Source: Patescibacteria group bacterium
GTDB lineage: Bacteria > Patescibacteriota > Minisyncoccia > Phycocordibacterales > PALSA-1337
Assembly (NCBI GenBank): GCA_038061795.1
Contig: JBBTYL010000002.1
Location: forward strand, 13,193 to 77,192
Direction: 5' to 3'
DNA length: 64,000 bases
The position numbers and the translations under genes are program-made. The first letter of the stretch is position 1. Each line of letters opens with the position of its first letter. The notes under the pieces were generated by a model. The model searched no databases and had not been told where the DNA came from. It saw only the letters and a program-made list of their open reading frames with translations. Positions 19,141 through 27,113 of this stretch are shown one piece after another.

Positions 19141-20036
19141 TGGAGTATTGTAACAACATTATATATAATAAGCTCACAATGACAAAGTTCGACCAAATAT
19201 ACCAAAATCTTGTACGCCAGATAATGACCAGAGGAGAAGAAGAGCTCAATAAAAGCAAGCAAGCTGACAGCGCACGACCAACCTACACAACAAAAGCAAT
19301 TCCTGGAATGCATTTTTCTATTGATATAGAAAAAGACGGTTTCCCCCTTCTAACATTAAGAAAAATACCAATCAAACTTTTTGTCTCAGAGCAGATTTGG
19401 TTTATCTCAGGTGCGCGAAAACCGGAAATATTTTTGCGCGACTATACGAAAATATGGGATTATTTTACGAATCCTGGCGATGTAGTAACCGTTGCTTACG
19501 GATACAGATGGAGAAAGCATTTTGGTAGAGACCAACTTGCACTCCTGATTGATCTCCTACAAAAAGAACCGAGCTCAAGACATGGCGTTGTCGTAACTTG
19601 GGATCCTGCGCAAGACGGTCTCTCACTAGTAAAAAGGAAAAATGTCCCTTGTCCTTACACCTTTACGGTCAACATAATCAACGGCAGGCTTCACCTGCAT
19701 AACATTGTAAGATCAAATGATATAATACTAGGCATGCCAGCGGACGTTGCTGGATTTGCTCTTCTCCAGTGTATTCTTGCTCAGAAGCTCAGAGTGAAAC
19801 CTGGGATCTATTCTCACTCAATTTCAAACGCACACATCTATGACAATCATTACGATGGTGCAAAGGAAATCTTAAGCAGGAATAATGAACATCCTACCAT
19901 CAGGCTCGAACTTCCAGAAAATGCTTTCGAACGAGCAGAGAAAATGGATAAGGATCTTGCTGATGCAATCATTGATAATCTTGCAAAGCAATATGATCCG
20001 CTTGAAGCAATATCAGGACTTAAAATAACTGTATAA
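19140..20036 (+). CDS. Thymidylate-synthase-family pyrimidine C5 transferase (divergent ThyA-like, possible dCMP-specific enzyme)
   Basis: Ungapped alignment to E. coli ThyA. WFISG matches WFLQG. YGYRWR matches YGKQWR. VPCPYTF carries the catalytic Cys (ThyA PCHAFF). RSNDIILGMPADVAGFALL aligns with RSCDVFLGLPFNIASYALL, putting Asp where ThyA has Asn177. Likely start at internal Met 19179. Confidence 0.7.
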   Translation: MEYCNNIIYNKLTMTKFDQIYQNLVRQIMTRGEEELNKSKQADSARPTYTTKAIPGMHFSIDIEKDGFPLLTLRKIPIKLFVSEQIWFISGARKPEIFLRDYTKIWDYFTNPGDVVTVAYGYRWRKHFGRDQLALLIDLLQKEPSSRHGVVVTWDPAQDGLSLVKRKNVPCPYTFTVNIINGRLHLHNIVRSNDIILGMPADVAGFALLQCILAQKLRVKPGIYSHSISNAHIYDNHYDGAKEILSRNNEHPTIRLELPENAFERAEKMDKDLADAIIDNLAKQYDPLEAISGLKITV

Positions 20037-20038
20037 CC

Positions 20039-20674
20039 ATGGCCGTCATAACAAAAAAACAAATACTCGAAAAGATAGCGTCTGGAGATATCTCATTCAA
20101 ACCGCAGATAGACAAATTCCAATTACAAGAGCATTCCGTTGACCTTCGTCTGGGATTCACTTTCATGATTCCAAAAATGTGGCATCTTACCCCTCGTGGA
20201 CGAGAATCGCTCGACATTACCCATTTTGACAAGAAAAATAATGAATTCTTTGAGGTTATTGAGTTGGAGCAGGGACAGTATTTTGATCTTCTACCAAACG
20301 AATATATCCTTGTCGCTACATTTGAAAGCATTAAACTTCCAACCGACATCATGGCAGTCCTTTACCCTAGATCATCAACAAACAGAAAAGGGATGTCGTT
20401 AGACCTTACAGGAATAATAGACGCTGGGTATGAGGGCCAATTGATCTTGCCAATAAGAAATAATACCCATTCCCAGACGGTGCGCCTATACCCTGGCGAG
20501 AGGCTTTGTCAGATTGTGTTTGAAGAGCTTACAGAAAAAGTTTCACCTGAGCGTACGAGCAAGTACCATAGCAAAGACATCATCGATGGCGTCGGATTGG
20601 AAAAAAAAGAAGAGGCTGAACTTATTCTAAATGGGCAAATAAAAGAATTAAAAGAAAAGTATAAAGTACTATGA
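20039..20674 (+). CDS. dcd: dCTP deaminase
   Basis: dUTPase-like fold with Dcd-type motifs (RSSTNRKGMSLDLTGIIDAGYEGQLIL...ERLCQIVF). Confidence 0.8.
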   Translation: MAVITKKQILEKIASGDISFKPQIDKFQLQEHSVDLRLGFTFMIPKMWHLTPRGRESLDITHFDKKNNEFFEVIELEQGQYFDLLPNEYILVATFESIKLPTDIMAVLYPRSSTNRKGMSLDLTGIIDAGYEGQLILPIRNNTHSQTVRLYPGERLCQIVFEELTEKVSPERTSKYHSKDIIDGVGLEKKEEAELILNGQIKELKEKYKVL

Positions 20675-21195
20675 TAAAAGCCTTCATCATCGCCGCGGTT
20701 ACTGCCGACGGATTCATCGCAAAAGACGCCCAGCACAGCCCTTTCAACTGGACCAGCAAGGCTGACAAGAAGCGCTTTATCGAACTCACAAAACGTGCAG
20801 GAGTCGTCGTGATGGGTTCTGCTACCTACAAAACCATCGGTACCCCTCTCAAGGAACGCACCAACATCGTCTATTCAAAAAGTCAGAAATTCGAGGGTGT
20901 CGAAGTCACGCAGGACAAGCCTCTTGATCTTCTCAAAAAACTCGAGGAGCGAGGCTTCAAGGAAGTCGCCATCTGCGGCGGATCGCAGATTTATGGAATG
21001 TTCATGAAGGCCGGAGTCGTAGATACGATTTACCTGACCATCGAGCCGCTTGTCTTCGGAAAAGGCATCAATCTCTTCAGCGAAGATTTGAGATATACGC
21101 TGAAATTGAAAAGCGCCCAGACTTCTGAAAGTACTGGTGCGCTTCTCTTGGAATATTCTGTTGATTATTCTGGAACTCCGAAACTTACGGATTAG
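20671..21195 (+). CDS. Dihydrofolate reductase-family protein (RibD-C/DHFR-like)
   Basis: IIAAVTADGFIAKD ... VVMGSATYKTIG ... NIVYSKS pattern of the DHFR/RibD C-terminal fold. Translationally coupled to dcd. Confidence 0.65.
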   Translation: MIKAFIIAAVTADGFIAKDAQHSPFNWTSKADKKRFIELTKRAGVVVMGSATYKTIGTPLKERTNIVYSKSQKFEGVEVTQDKPLDLLKKLEERGFKEVAICGGSQIYGMFMKAGVVDTIYLTIEPLVFGKGINLFSEDLRYTLKLKSAQTSESTGALLLEYSVDYSGTPKLTD

Positions 21196-21198
21196 GAT

Positions 21199-21621
21199 TT
21201 ACTTCACATCAACCCCCATCGATCGGCAGGAGCCTTCGATGATCTTGATTGCCGCTTCGATAGTGCCTGCATTCAAGTCAGGCATTTTTCGTTCTGCAAT
21301 CTCTCGAACTTGAGCCTTTGTGATGGTACCAGCTCGCTTTACAGCGTGCTTGCCTGCTCCCTTCTCGATTCCTACCGCCTTCAGGATAAGCGAGCTTGCA
21401 GGAGGAGTCTTGAGCACGAAATCGTATGTTCGGTCATCATATACTGTGATAACGACTGGGATCATGTCTCCGATCATAGTCTTCGTGGCGTCGTTGAATT
21501 TCTTAGTAAAATCACCGATATTGACGCCAGCCTGACCTAGAGTTGGACCTAGCGGTGGCGCAGGAGTCGCCTTCCCAGCTGGAGCGATAACTTTTACTTT
21601 CTTGATTACTTTTTTAGCCAT
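21199..21621 (-). CDS. rplK: 50S ribosomal protein L11
   Basis: [24 protein letters not shown]11 N-terminal signature. Confidence 0.9.
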   Translation of the reverse strand: MAKKVIKKVKVIAPAGKATPAPPLGPTLGQAGVNIGDFTKKFNDATKTMIGDMIPVVITVYDDRTYDFVLKTPPASSLILKAVGIEKGAGKHAVKRAGTITKAQVREIAERKMPDLNAGTIEAAIKIIEGSCRSMGVDVK

Positions 21622-21647
21622 TGTTTTTAGTGTTATTGGATGTTACC

Positions 21648-22193
21648 TTAAATCTTCTTAACTTGCAAGAAATCGAGCTCTACGGGCGTTTCTCGGCCGA
21701 ACATAGAGACAAGCACCTTAATCTTGCCTCGGCTATCATCGACTTCGCTCACCTTTCCTTCAAGATCCTTGAACGGTCCGTCGACAATCTTCACATTCTC
21801 ATCCTTTACAAGATCGATTGTGTGCTTGACCTCATCCTTATTCATTCGGGAGAATAGAGAATCAACCTCCTTCTTTTCCAATGGAACAGGAAACACTCCT
21901 GATCCGACGAATCCAGTGACTCGAGGCGTATTTCGAACGACATACCATGAATCGTCGGTAACCGTCATGTCAACGAGAACATAACCTGGGTAAATCTTCT
22001 CCTCTTCCTCCACTCTCTTCCCTCCCTTGATCTTAATCTTCTTTTCAGTCGGGACGAGAACATTGAAAATCCTGTCCTCCATTCCAAGTGATTCTATTCT
22101 CTGCTTGAGATTTCGAGCTACGGCATTCTCGTACCCAGCGTAGGTATGTATCGCGTACCAATTCCTTTCACCGCCGACTTGCTGTTTTGACAT
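21648..22193 (-). CDS. nusG: Transcription antitermination factor NusG
   Basis: [17 protein letters not shown] domain and a C-terminal KOW ([15 protein letters not shown]). Confidence 0.85.
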   Translation of the reverse strand: MSKQQVGGERNWYAIHTYAGYENAVARNLKQRIESLGMEDRIFNVLVPTEKKIKIKGGKRVEEEEKIYPGYVLVDMTVTDDSWYVVRNTPRVTGFVGSGVFPVPLEKKEVDSLFSRMNKDEVKHTIDLVKDENVKIVDGPFKDLEGKVSEVDDSRGKIKVLVSMFGRETPVELDFLQVKKI

Positions 22194-22215
22194 AGTAATA
22201 TTTTAGATAAATTTA

Positions 22216-22392
22216 TTAAACGAAAAGCGTAAGAAGTCGTGAGAAGATATAATCGAAAAAACCAAGAAAGGCGGCGGTCGCGACAGAGACGATTACTACC
22301 GCGGCTGAAAACAGGACGGCCTGCTTTCTGCTCGGCCACGTCACATGAGACATTTCTGTCTTCGTATCCTTGATGTATTCTGTGATTTTCAT
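22216..22392 (-). CDS. secE: Preprotein translocase subunit SecE (start trimmed to internal Met)
   Basis: ITEYIKDTKTEMSHVTWPSRKQAVLFSAAVVIVSV SecE TM signature. The longer ORF to 22473 would run through an upstream terminator hairpin. Confidence 0.65.
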   Translation of the reverse strand: MKITEYIKDTKTEMSHVTWPSRKQAVLFSAAVVIVSVATAAFLGFFDYIFSRLLTLFV

Positions 22393-22413
22393 AGTCTTTT
22401 GATTAGTTTCTGT

Positions 22414-22434
22414 ATTAAAAAACCCCGAAGGGGG
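22414..22434 (-). terminator. Intrinsic terminator of the SIMPL-domain gene
   Basis: CCCCGAAGGGGG hairpin preceded on plus by an A-run, so on minus it reads CCCCCTTCGGGGTTTTTTAATA. Confidence 0.5.
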
Positions 22435-22481
22435 TAGTGGTTGAATACTACCTCTTTCGGAGTTTTTCGTCAAGCCGCTGA

Positions 22482-23270
22482 CTATCTGATCTCGTAAGTG
22501 ATAGACACCGTAGCCGTAACCTTCTGTTCGCCCTTTGGAATCTCTGGTGCTACTGAAGCCTTTACAGACATCATGTCGCCGCCCATCGCACCCTCGCGAG
22601 CGTAAGGATAATAGCCATCATCGCTTGAATCGTAGAAGCTTGTGATCTTAACAAGCTTTACGCCAAGATCCTTTGCGATCTTTTCAGCCTTTTCCTTTGC
22701 GTTCGCAATAGCTTCAGCGCGAGCTTCGGCTTTTACAGAATCAATATCGTCAATTGCGAATGAGAGGCCGTCGACTGTCTTTATTCCTGTCGCTCCAAGG
22801 GTATCGAACAACTCTCCTGCCTTTGCAAGGTCTCTGACCTTGACCTGAATAGCTTGATTCACATCATATCCATCAAGTACGGGCTTCCCAGACGGGCAAC
22901 CGTACTGCGTACAGACGCCTTGAGGATAATCATAGTGAGGAGCAATGGAATATGAAAGGGTCTTGATATCCTTCTCTGCAACCCCTCCTGTTCGTACAGC
23001 CGCAAGCGCCGCATTGATCTTATCTGCCGCCTTCGTCTGCGCCTCTTTAACCGTCTTCGCATTCTCGCTCACGCCAAATGAGAATGTCGCGATATCAGGA
23101 ATCGAAACGGCTTCGCCTTTTCCGTTCACTGAAATGCTGTTATAGATCGGGGTTTCCTTTCCGACATATTTTATTGAAATAAACTGCTTCACGATAAGCA
23201 CAGCAAGGAAAATTGCGAGCAATGTTCCTACCCACGCGCCGACTTTCCAAACCCTTTCTTGATAATTCAT
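22482..23270 (-). CDS. SIMPL/DUF541-domain periplasmic protein (YggE-like)
   Basis: N-terminal TM/signal anchor, then the SIMPL pattern (SISVNGKGEAVSIPD...KAAD...LAKAGELFD...VKLVKI). Confidence 0.65.
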   Translation of the reverse strand: MNYQERVWKVGAWVGTLLAIFLAVLIVKQFISIKYVGKETPIYNSISVNGKGEAVSIPDIATFSFGVSENAKTVKEAQTKAADKINAALAAVRTGGVAEKDIKTLSYSIAPHYDYPQGVCTQYGCPSGKPVLDGYDVNQAIQVKVRDLAKAGELFDTLGATGIKTVDGLSFAIDDIDSVKAEARAEAIANAKEKAEKIAKDLGVKLVKITSFYDSSDDGYYPYAREGAMGGDMMSVKASVAPEIPKGEQKVTATVSITYEIR

Positions 23271-23289
23271 ATTTTAAATTATTAAACTG

Positions 23290-24111
23290 TTAATCATTTT
23301 TATTACTATAACACGCGTCAATGAGGTTTTCAAAAAGAGCCAGAACCGTCATCTGCCCTACTCCGCCCGGAACCGGAGTGATCATTTGGACGGTATCCTT
23401 TACTTCATTAAAATCAACATCGCCAACCAATTTACCATCACTATGACGTGTGATTCCGACATCTATTACAACCTGCCCTACTTTGATGCATTCCTTCCCG
23501 ATAAAGTTCGGCTCGCCTATAGCGACAATCAAAACGTCGGCATTTCTGCATTTTTCGGGAATATTCTCTGTCTTGCTGTGGCAAACCGTCACGATTGCGC
23601 CTTCTTCCTGACACATCTTTGCGACAGGCTCGCCGACAAGCTTAGAACGGCCAAGCACAGTGACTTTTTTTCCAGTAAGACTGATTTTGTAAAATTCAAT
23701 GAGCTCTTTGATGCCACGGGCAGTTGCTGGAAGAAATTTCGTATCGCAGTTCAGCCCGTCAATATCCTTTTTGGGATCAATCAAATTAAGTACGGTTTCA
23801 GAATTAATTTGTGGCGGCAACGGGAGTTGAACAATAATTCCATGCACACTCTTATCTTCATTATATTTCTTTATTACTTCAATGAGTTCTTCCTGACCTA
23901 TTTTCTCATCAAAATTTACATGTATTTCTTTCACGCCAATCTTCTGCGCAAACAATTTCTTCGCTTTAATATATGAATCAGAATCCGTCCTGTTACCGAC
24001 CTGCAGTATTACTAGGCATGGGACAAAAGAAAGTTCCTTGATTCTTTTTTCAAGAAGAGATGAATAGTGTGCGCGAGCTGTCTTACCATCGAGAAGTATC
24101 ATAGTAGGCAA
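23290..24111 (-). CDS. folD: Bifunctional 5,10-methylene-THF dehydrogenase/cyclohydrolase
   Basis: SDSYIKAKK, GIIVQLPLP and VTVLGRSKLVGEPV motifs. Confidence 0.9.
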   Translation of the reverse strand: MPTMILLDGKTARAHYSSLLEKRIKELSFVPCLVILQVGNRTDSDSYIKAKKLFAQKIGVKEIHVNFDEKIGQEELIEVIKKYNEDKSVHGIIVQLPLPPQINSETVLNLIDPKKDIDGLNCDTKFLPATARGIKELIEFYKISLTGKKVTVLGRSKLVGEPVAKMCQEEGAIVTVCHSKTENIPEKCRNADVLIVAIGEPNFIGKECIKVGQVVIDVGITRHSDGKLVGDVDFNEVKDTVQMITPVPGGVGQMTVLALFENLIDACYSNKND

Positions 24112-24114
24112 AGA

Positions 24115-24774
24115 CTACCACGATTTTTCAGGAATTTCTAGGGCAACTGTCTTCTGTTCCCTGGTCGTCGCGGTCTCAAAAGAAAGTTCTGTGGCAGTCA
24201 GTGCAATCTTCTGGTCCAACAAGCGCACTGTCGATCCGTATTTGCTGTCCCCCACTATAGGATGACCCGTATGCGAAAGCTGCGCCCGAATCTGATGATG
24301 CCGTCCAGTTTTCAGAATTATTTTCAAGAGAGAAAAATCTCCTTCGGTTTTGATCAGCTCATATGAAAGTTCTGCACGGTCAGCTCCTTTTGTCTCTGTA
24401 TCAAAAACCCCAGCAAAATTCTGATTCTCATCATGCTTAAGGAAATTCACCAGAGTTCCGGCTTTTTCCTTTACGATTCCATGAACCCAGGCGTGGTAAA
24501 CCTTTTTAATCGTGTGATTGTGAAATTGTTCAGAAACGCGGGATGCGCCTTTGGAAGTCTTTGCGAAAAGTACTACGCCATCGACATTTCTATCAAGGCG
24601 ATGAATGAGTCCAAGAAAAACATTCCCAGGCTTCTGGTATTTGTTCTTGATGAAAGCTTTCACTTCATCAAGCAATGAACTATCTCCCGACTTATCGCCT
24701 TGCACGAGAATTCCCGCAGGCTTGTAGACTGCTATGAGGTGATTGTCTTCGTAGAGGACTTTTGGAGGTTGCAT
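24115..24774 (-). CDS. RluA-family pseudouridine synthase
   Basis: Catalytic HRLDRNVDGVVLFAKT motif. ~219 aa without an S4 domain. Confidence 0.8.
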   Translation of the reverse strand: MQPPKVLYEDNHLIAVYKPAGILVQGDKSGDSSLLDEVKAFIKNKYQKPGNVFLGLIHRLDRNVDGVVLFAKTSKGASRVSEQFHNHTIKKVYHAWVHGIVKEKAGTLVNFLKHDENQNFAGVFDTETKGADRAELSYELIKTEGDFSLLKIILKTGRHHQIRAQLSHTGHPIVGDSKYGSTVRLLDQKIALTATELSFETATTREQKTVALEIPEKSW

Positions 24775-24909
24775 ATTATTTTATCAACTTACCATAGATT
24801 TTTCATAACTTCTATTCTGTGTTGAGGTGATTGATTTCATCTTTTTTGCAAAAAATTCATCGTTCCTTCATTTCGCTTTGTTAGGATAGTTAATGGATGA
24901 TTATTTTTT

Positions 24910-24988
24910 CCTGTGGGCCTGCTAAGTGGTTTAGAACCTCCTTTCGTCAGGGAAGGTTTGCGGGTTCGACTCCCGTCAGGTCCACAGG
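24910..24988 (+). ncRNA. tRNA-like element with 12-bp terminal helix, Ala-type acceptor features (G3:U70, A73), canonical T-arm, non-canonical anticodon arm
   Basis: CCTGTGGGCCTG pairs with CAGGTCCACAGG (11 of 12 bp). D-like hairpin CTAA-GTGGT-TTAG. T-arm GCGGG-TTCGACT-CCCGT. Central hairpin is ACCTCCT/TTCGTCA/GGGAAGGT with a bulge. No Ala anticodon (xGC) is placeable and no CCA is encoded. Confidence 0.4.
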
Positions 24989-25013
24989 GGTAAATAATTA
25001 TCTCGGATAAAAC

Positions 25014-25042
25014 TTGACTCAGAAAAATGAATTTGGTAGACT
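25014..25042 (+). promoter_or_regulatory. sigma70-like promoter (TTGACT-17nt-TAGACT)
   Basis: TTGACT at 25014-25019 and TAGACT at 25037-25042, about 25 nt downstream of the tRNA-like element. Confidence 0.35.
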
Positions 25043-25048
25043 TACCTT

Positions 25049-25121
25049 ACTGACGAAGGGAGGTAACCACGATGGTAAACTTTGCAAGAACCCGCATGAG
25101 AGTGCGGTTTTTTGTTTTTAA
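25049..25121 (+). ncRNA. Short (~72 nt) terminated transcript with a 5' end antisense to the upstream tRNA-like anticodon arm
   Basis: 25051-25064 TGACGAAGGGAGGT is the reverse complement of 24936-24949 ACCTCCTTTCGTCA (14 nt including one G-U). Ends in the terminator CCGCATGAGAGTGCGG plus T-run at 25092-25120. Also contains RBS GGGAGG-8nt-ATG and a 17-codon ORF that runs through the terminator. Confidence 0.35.
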
Positions 25122-25327
25122 ATAATTTTATTCGATTTTTAACTTTTTTTTGAGTTTATGAGTATTTCCATATTTTAAAAGTCCTTTATATGAACTTACT
25201 TGGCAATTATCGATAGCTATTTTAAAGCTTTTAACTATCCACCTTTTGGTAGACGTTCGCAGGACTCGATGATTTGGAAAGTGCAAATATATTTTACATT
25301 ATTTTTTTATAGAAAACACCCGCAACA

Positions 25328-25353
25328 TTGTGTTGCGGGTGGGTGTCAAAGAG
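25328..25353 (-). terminator. Intrinsic terminator of the 25370-26107 gene
   Basis: 9-bp stem CCCGCAACA/TGTTGCGGG preceded on plus by an A-rich run (minus-strand T-run). Confidence 0.5.
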
Positions 25354-25369
25354 ACACAGTTTCCAAGTT

Positions 25370-26107
25370 TCAGTTGCGAAGGAAGAGCTGGCGGTCAGCA
25401 AACCACTCACGGTCGTATGCGAACCTGCTGACGTAGACGCGCCACCGACTGTCACCCCAGTGGACGCCGAGGACAAACACATTTCCCTTGTCGTCATGGG
25501 TGAAGAACAGATTGGCATAGCCATTGTCCAGTAAACCAACAGACTTGTCGCCCTTGTGGAACCGCAGGACAAGCTCCTCAACTTGCTTAGGGTTGTACGT
25601 CCTGCCAGTTTCGATGAGCTTCTTGCCAAGCACAGATAGGTCGTCTGAGGTTTCGTTCAGCACGCCCTGTGCCATGTGTCTAAACATCATATTTGCTCTC
25701 ACGAGCTTCATGACTTTCGTTTCACCGCCTTCAGTTGCCGGAAGACTTTTGGTCAGCCAGCGATCCAGATCGCCATCGCGATTGAAGACGTTCGCATCAG
25801 TGAAGCAGTCAGCGGTGTTGCATGCGACTACGGCAGGAGTTGCGATATTGATCGCTACGCAAGCCATAATGACAGCGACGATGCTGTGAACTTCCAACGC
25901 CAGGGCTTTCGCGTTCTTCGTCGGCTTTTCCCAGCAGGTTTCCCTGCGATTGAATCTGTTGAGTTCGCGGAGAACTTCTTCGCCGTTTTCACCGCAGATG
26001 ATATTTGTTTCCAGTTGAGTGATCGGTCCGCGAATTTTGCGGAGCGCTTGTTTGAGCATGGCATTCATGGTCAATTTTCTTTCATTCGGTAAGTAGAGAA
26101 ACATCAA
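25370..26107 (-). CDS. Hypothetical protein, GC-rich (compositionally foreign), one predicted TM helix
   Basis: ~52% GC against ~40% in flanking housekeeping genes. No recognisable motifs apart from a hydrophobic helix IVAVIMACVAINIATPAVVA. Confidence 0.35.
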   Translation of the reverse strand: MMFLYLPNERKLTMNAMLKQALRKIRGPITQLETNIICGENGEEVLRELNRFNRRETCWEKPTKNAKALALEVHSIVAVIMACVAINIATPAVVACNTADCFTDANVFNRDGDLDRWLTKSLPATEGGETKVMKLVRANMMFRHMAQGVLNETSDDLSVLGKKLIETGRTYNPKQVEELVLRFHKGDKSVGLLDNGYANLFFTHDDKGNVFVLGVHWGDSRWRVYVSRFAYDREWFADRQLFLRN

Positions 26108-26210
26108 AGTAGCAATAGGCTAGGTTGAGGGTATTGTGTGCCCTTGTTTCAAATAGCTGTACCTGGGTTGTATTATACACCTTTTATGAGGGTATGTCAA
26201 TACCAAAATT

Positions 26211-27047
26211 TTACCTCCTCCACCTCGCGAAAATTCCGCATGGCAGAAGTCTTTTTGTTACTGTTTCCTCAAGAGTCAGTTCCCCTATCTCGATAGACCC
26301 TCCGAATTTTTCGACGAGAACCTGAAGCACGTTCCTATAAGCAATCGCAGAGTAGCCTGCGGAATATCCATTTATGATAAAAAATAACGGCTTGTCTTTC
26401 AAAAGTTTTATGCAATCCTCAACTAACGGCAAAAAATCCTCTTCAATTTTCCAAACTTCCTTATTCGCCCCGTGGCCGAAAGCCGGAGGGTCCATGATAA
26501 TTCCATCATATTTGTTTCCTCGCTTCACTTCCCGTCCAACAAATATTCGCGCATCCTCGAGAATCCAACGAATGGGCTTATCGACAAGACCAGACAATTC
26601 TGCATTTTCTCTCGCCCAAGCGATAGCTGATTTCGAACCGTCGATATGAACGACTTTTGCTCCTACTTGTGCGCAGGCAAGCGATGCACCTCCCGTATAC
26701 CCAAAGAGATTGAGAACATCGGCCCCCTCATTTCCTTTCAGAACATCTCTCATCCAATCCCAATTCACCGCCTGTTCCGGAAAGATTCCTGTATGCTTGA
26801 ATGCCGTCGGCTTTATCCAGAATTTCAGTCCGCCATGCTCGATCTGCCACTTATCAGGCTTTTCCTTCTTGTATTTCCAATCTCCTCCTGCCTCTGTACG
26901 CGTAAAGTAACCATCGGCGGCTTTCCACTGACTTTCAGGTAGATGTTTCCTCCATAGGGCTTGCGGATCAGGACGTGCAAGCACCGTCGAGCCGAATCTC
27001 TCAAGCTTTTCGCCGTCGCCAGAATCTATCAATTTATAGCCTTTCAT
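26211..27047 (-). CDS. Class I SAM-dependent RNA methyltransferase (RlmI/COG1092-like)
   Basis: SAM motif I VLNLFGYTGGASLACA and motif IV IIMDPPAF. The N-terminal PUA-like region is absent or short. Confidence 0.65.
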   Translation of the reverse strand: MKGYKLIDSGDGEKLERFGSTVLARPDPQALWRKHLPESQWKAADGYFTRTEAGGDWKYKKEKPDKWQIEHGGLKFWIKPTAFKHTGIFPEQAVNWDWMRDVLKGNEGADVLNLFGYTGGASLACAQVGAKVVHIDGSKSAIAWARENAELSGLVDKPIRWILEDARIFVGREVKRGNKYDGIIMDPPAFGHGANKEVWKIEEDFLPLVEDCIKLLKDKPLFFIINGYSAGYSAIAYRNVLQVLVEKFGGSIEIGELTLEETVTKRLLPCGIFARWRR

Positions 27048-27113
27048 AGTGCTTCAAATCGTAGCACATATATTGTTATTTATACACGTTTGGGCTATAG
27101 TTTCCATACGAAT

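Noticed and set aside
22393-22473. N-terminal 27 codons of the annotated 85-aa SecE ORF
   Set aside because: A GC hairpin plus T-run (terminator of the upstream gene) lies inside this extension. SecE homology starts at the internal Met.
24913-24986. Interpreting the 24.9-kb element as a genuine tRNA-Ala gene
   Set aside because: The acceptor has G3:U70/A73, but no loop can present an xGC anticodon with U33 and a purine at 37. The central arm has a bulge and 7-bp geometry. Kept as tRNA-like only.
25072-25125. 17-codon ORF MVNFARTRMRVRFFVFK as a real peptide gene
   Set aside because: It has a good RBS, but the reading frame passes through the terminator hairpin and U-run. More likely a structural coincidence within an sRNA. 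Mentioned only as a testable option.
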